DNA of 64,000 nucleotides from Gammaproteobacteria bacterium (GTDB lineage Bacteria; Pseudomonadota; Gammaproteobacteria; DASZBR01): NCBI GenBank assembly GCA_035943935.1, contig DASZBR010000017.1, positions 61,794 to 125,793 of the forward strand, read 5' to 3'. Shown piece by piece: positions 61,720 to 64,000 of this stretch (position 1 is its first letter; each line of letters starts with the position of its first letter). The notes under the pieces were generated by a model. It saw only the letters and a program-made list of their open reading frames with translations, ran no database searches and was not told where the DNA came from. The position numbers and the translations under genes were made by a program.

Positions 61720-63876
61720 ATGGATGAACCAAGAGATGTGCCAGGCCGGTTTGATTGGGCGGCTTATTGGGCAGCTTATGTCGAAGCTCACGGAGAAACG
61801 ATCGCGCCTACGGCAGAGCTGCGTATGAGAGATCATGAAAAACTCTGTCAGCAATTAGGTCTTATACCTGTCAGTCGTACATTAACAAATATAGAGTTGG
61901 CTGTTCAAAATTTTCTCGATAGCGGTGAGATATCAAATGTATTGGATTTTGAAGCGTATAGAAATCATTTTGAAGAACTTGCTGAAGATAACGTCGTATT
62001 TTCTGTACCCGCTACACAGCAACAATCTCCAGAACCTCAACGACGTCGTGAAAGACATGCACGACAAAGTTCACTCACTTTTTTTGAGCCGCCGCCTGTC
62101 GTAAGGCTGCTCACTCCAGATGACCAACTTATGCGCGCAGGTGCGGGTGTTGAATCATTGCGGGAATGGTTCAATCTGAAGGAGGGCGACCGAATTAAAA
62201 AATTAGGGTTGATAGAACTTATAACAAGGTTTTATAGCAATTTAATTTTTACATTAAAACAATTGAATATATCTGATGAAGTGTTGCTAGAAGGATTAAT
62301 CCAAGAAAGAAATGCCAATAGCGCAAATCCTCAAAATTTTGTATTTGCACTCAAGAATGAAGTCGAAGCAGCTATAGAAAATGCATTGAGAGAGATAAAG
62401 GGAAATATTCTATCAGAGTATGTTCCTCGAGGCAGAGAACCTCTCGAACAAGAGATCCTCGATCAACCTTTTTTTCAAGTATTGAAGGAGCACCTTTTTG
62501 ATCAACAAGATGAAGCCATACCTGTAAAAGAAGGGAATGAAGGACCCTCAGTTGTAACAGATGCAATTAACGCGCTTACTCAAAGATATAGAGCCCAGCT
62601 TGATGAACTAGTGCGTAAGCGTGTAGAAAATTATGGCCATGTGCCTCCCGATCAAACAGCAGAAGGTAAACTTAAGCGCACTGTTGCAGCGCTGGAAGCA
62701 TTGCAGGCGTGGGCATCACTTAAAAAATTATCAGTTGTCGGCAAAGCAACGCCTGAGAGTTTGACGGACGAAATTATAAAGTATTATGGTGCATTGATAT
62801 CTGAGTTGGAGCCTGTTTTAGGAGCTGAATTTCACTTAAAGTTGAATGAAGAATTGAGACGCAATCTTGTGAGTCCCAAAGTAATTACGTTTAAGTGTGA
62901 ACAAGAAAGTCATGATGCGCTCGAAAAGATATTTTTAGAGTTGTCAGACTATATTCGAGGTAAATTTTCCGATCTTCCCACGGCTCAATCTGTGTTTGAA
63001 ATATTTAAAACATATTATTTGGCTCTCGCATTTCGCAATAAGATGACACTTCAGGATCTTTCTACGGCAGATTGTGTGACCTTGTTATCACGTGAACACG
63101 AGAAGTTGCTTGAAGATGAGCGGCAAAATCCCCGAGTAAAAGGAAGTACAAAATTAATTGATTGGATTAATGGTTATGCGGCTCCGATTGTAGTGAGAGA
63201 AGTTGATCTTAGGGATTTAACGCGAGATGAACAGCAAAAATGCCAACGTATGGGAGATGACCCGTTTGTTTATGTAGATAATAAAATCTTTAGACGAAAA
63301 AAAGGTGGGCCATTGTTCGAAGTGCAAAACAATCGAAAGCAACATTATAAGAATTCAGTTGAGGCGTATCTTGCTGAAAATAAAGGCTCGGAGATAGATG
63401 TTTTTGTGGGAGTGTTGAGAGATCTCAATACGCTAGCATCTTATCAACAATTTTATATTGTGAAGGTGATGAGTCAGGGTGAAAGTTTGGAGGGTTTTGG
63501 CGATGCGCAGCCGTTTAAATCAGTGCGCACTGTTATTAATAGTTTAAAAGCTTTTTTGGCGACATTACCTGAAGACGTTAAGCAGAAAAAAGGATTGCTG
63601 GGAAAGGTAGAAAGAACATTGAGCGAAATAGAAAATAATTTAGAGATCATTGAAGAATGGGTGCGCAAGAGTGGCGTTTTGGATAAAGATCAGCTTTGTA
63701 TGCTTGATAAAACATTACGAAAAGGTGGTTTTTTGGGTGCTCGTTACGTGAAAATTGATCTCAGCGAATTAGAAAAAATAAGGGGATACATTGCTCAACA
63801 ATTAGGCCATAAAATGTACAGGGATTTGCCGTTGCTGCCACCGCCGTCGGTTCAGCCTGGGCCGGGAAAAAAATAA
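61720..63876 (+). CDS. ~718-aa orphan protein with Pro-rich C-terminus; candidate effector
   Basis: The track start at 61675 is TTG. The ATG at 61720 (MDEPRDVPGRFDW) follows GGGGGTGGG. I recognise no motif. It ends LPLLPPPSVQPGPGKK. Confidence 0.75.
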   Translation: MDEPRDVPGRFDWAAYWAAYVEAHGETIAPTAELRMRDHEKLCQQLGLIPVSRTLTNIELAVQNFLDSGEISNVLDFEAYRNHFEELAEDNVVFSVPATQQQSPEPQRRRERHARQSSLTFFEPPPVVRLLTPDDQLMRAGAGVESLREWFNLKEGDRIKKLGLIELITRFYSNLIFTLKQLNISDEVLLEGLIQERNANSANPQNFVFALKNEVEAAIENALREIKGNILSEYVPRGREPLEQEILDQPFFQVLKEHLFDQQDEAIPVKEGNEGPSVVTDAINALTQRYRAQLDELVRKRVENYGHVPPDQTAEGKLKRTVAALEALQAWASLKKLSVVGKATPESLTDEIIKYYGALISELEPVLGAEFHLKLNEELRRNLVSPKVITFKCEQESHDALEKIFLELSDYIRGKFSDLPTAQSVFEIFKTYYLALAFRNKMTLQDLSTADCVTLLSREHEKLLEDERQNPRVKGSTKLIDWINGYAAPIVVREVDLRDLTRDEQQKCQRMGDDPFVYVDNKIFRRKKGGPLFEVQNNRKQHYKNSVEAYLAENKGSEIDVFVGVLRDLNTLASYQQFYIVKVMSQGESLEGFGDAQPFKSVRTVINSLKAFLATLPEDVKQKKGLLGKVERTLSEIENNLEIIEEWVRKSGVLDKDQLCMLDKTLRKGGFLGARYVKIDLSELEKIRGYIAQQLGHKMYRDLPLLPPPSVQPGPGKK

Positions 63877-63946
63877 AAGTTTTGTCTGTTTTTACGCTAT
63901 ACTCTTCCTGTTTTGCCCCATACCATTCAAATAACAGGAGAGAAAT

Positions 63947-64000
63947 ATGAGTAATGAATCCCAAACCGTTTCGCCCGTTGTATTCCCCGGTGGTCCCACA
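63947..64000 (+). CDS. 5' end of an unidentified CDS running off the window
   Basis: ATG preceded by ACAGGAGAG; 18 open codons (MSNESQTVSPVVFPGGPT). Too short to identify. Confidence 0.3.
   Translation, partial: MSNESQTVSPVVFPGGPT

Overview
64-kb chromosomal window from a low-GC Gram-negative bacterium. Gene content and two PmrA-type promoter boxes suggest a Legionellales-like gammaproteobacterium; the taxon is an inference. The housekeeping backbone is murA; metNIQ; tRNA-fMet(metY)-rimP-nusA-infB-rbfA; msbA ... lpxK; amgK/murU; lptD; lolB; tRNA-Leu and tRNA-Gln; prs; an MFS pump; photolyase; LpxL-type and PlsC-type acyltransferases; sufBCDSU plus DUF59 and DUF2892 genes. Between these lie large orphan or eukaryotic-like genes that look like secreted (Dot/Icm-type) effector cargo. 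(i) A >1736-aa minus-strand ORF at 1-5208 is absent from the supplied ORF track and carries two PP2C-like domains. (ii) An 18-kb same-strand block sits between msbA and lpxK. It encodes an RNI-type LRR protein, a pentapeptide-ankyrin-OTU protein and two paralogous giants of 2322 and 2126 aa. The giants combine a GlnD/GlnE/DrrA-fold nucleotidyltransferase, a conserved kinase-like middle domain, Cys-containing LRRs and one to four Rab-like GTPase modules with mutated catalytic motifs. (iii) Two 'large orphan + ~95-aa ORF' bicistrons are each preceded by a nearly identical PmrA-box promoter. (iv) A 718-aa orphan follows the suf operon. A HicAB module is spliced into amgK-murU, and an alpha-oxoamine synthase sits next to a soluble PAS histidine kinase. 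I saw no CRISPR array, IS element, integrase or rRNA. All domain calls come from motif reading by eye and need HMM or structure searches.
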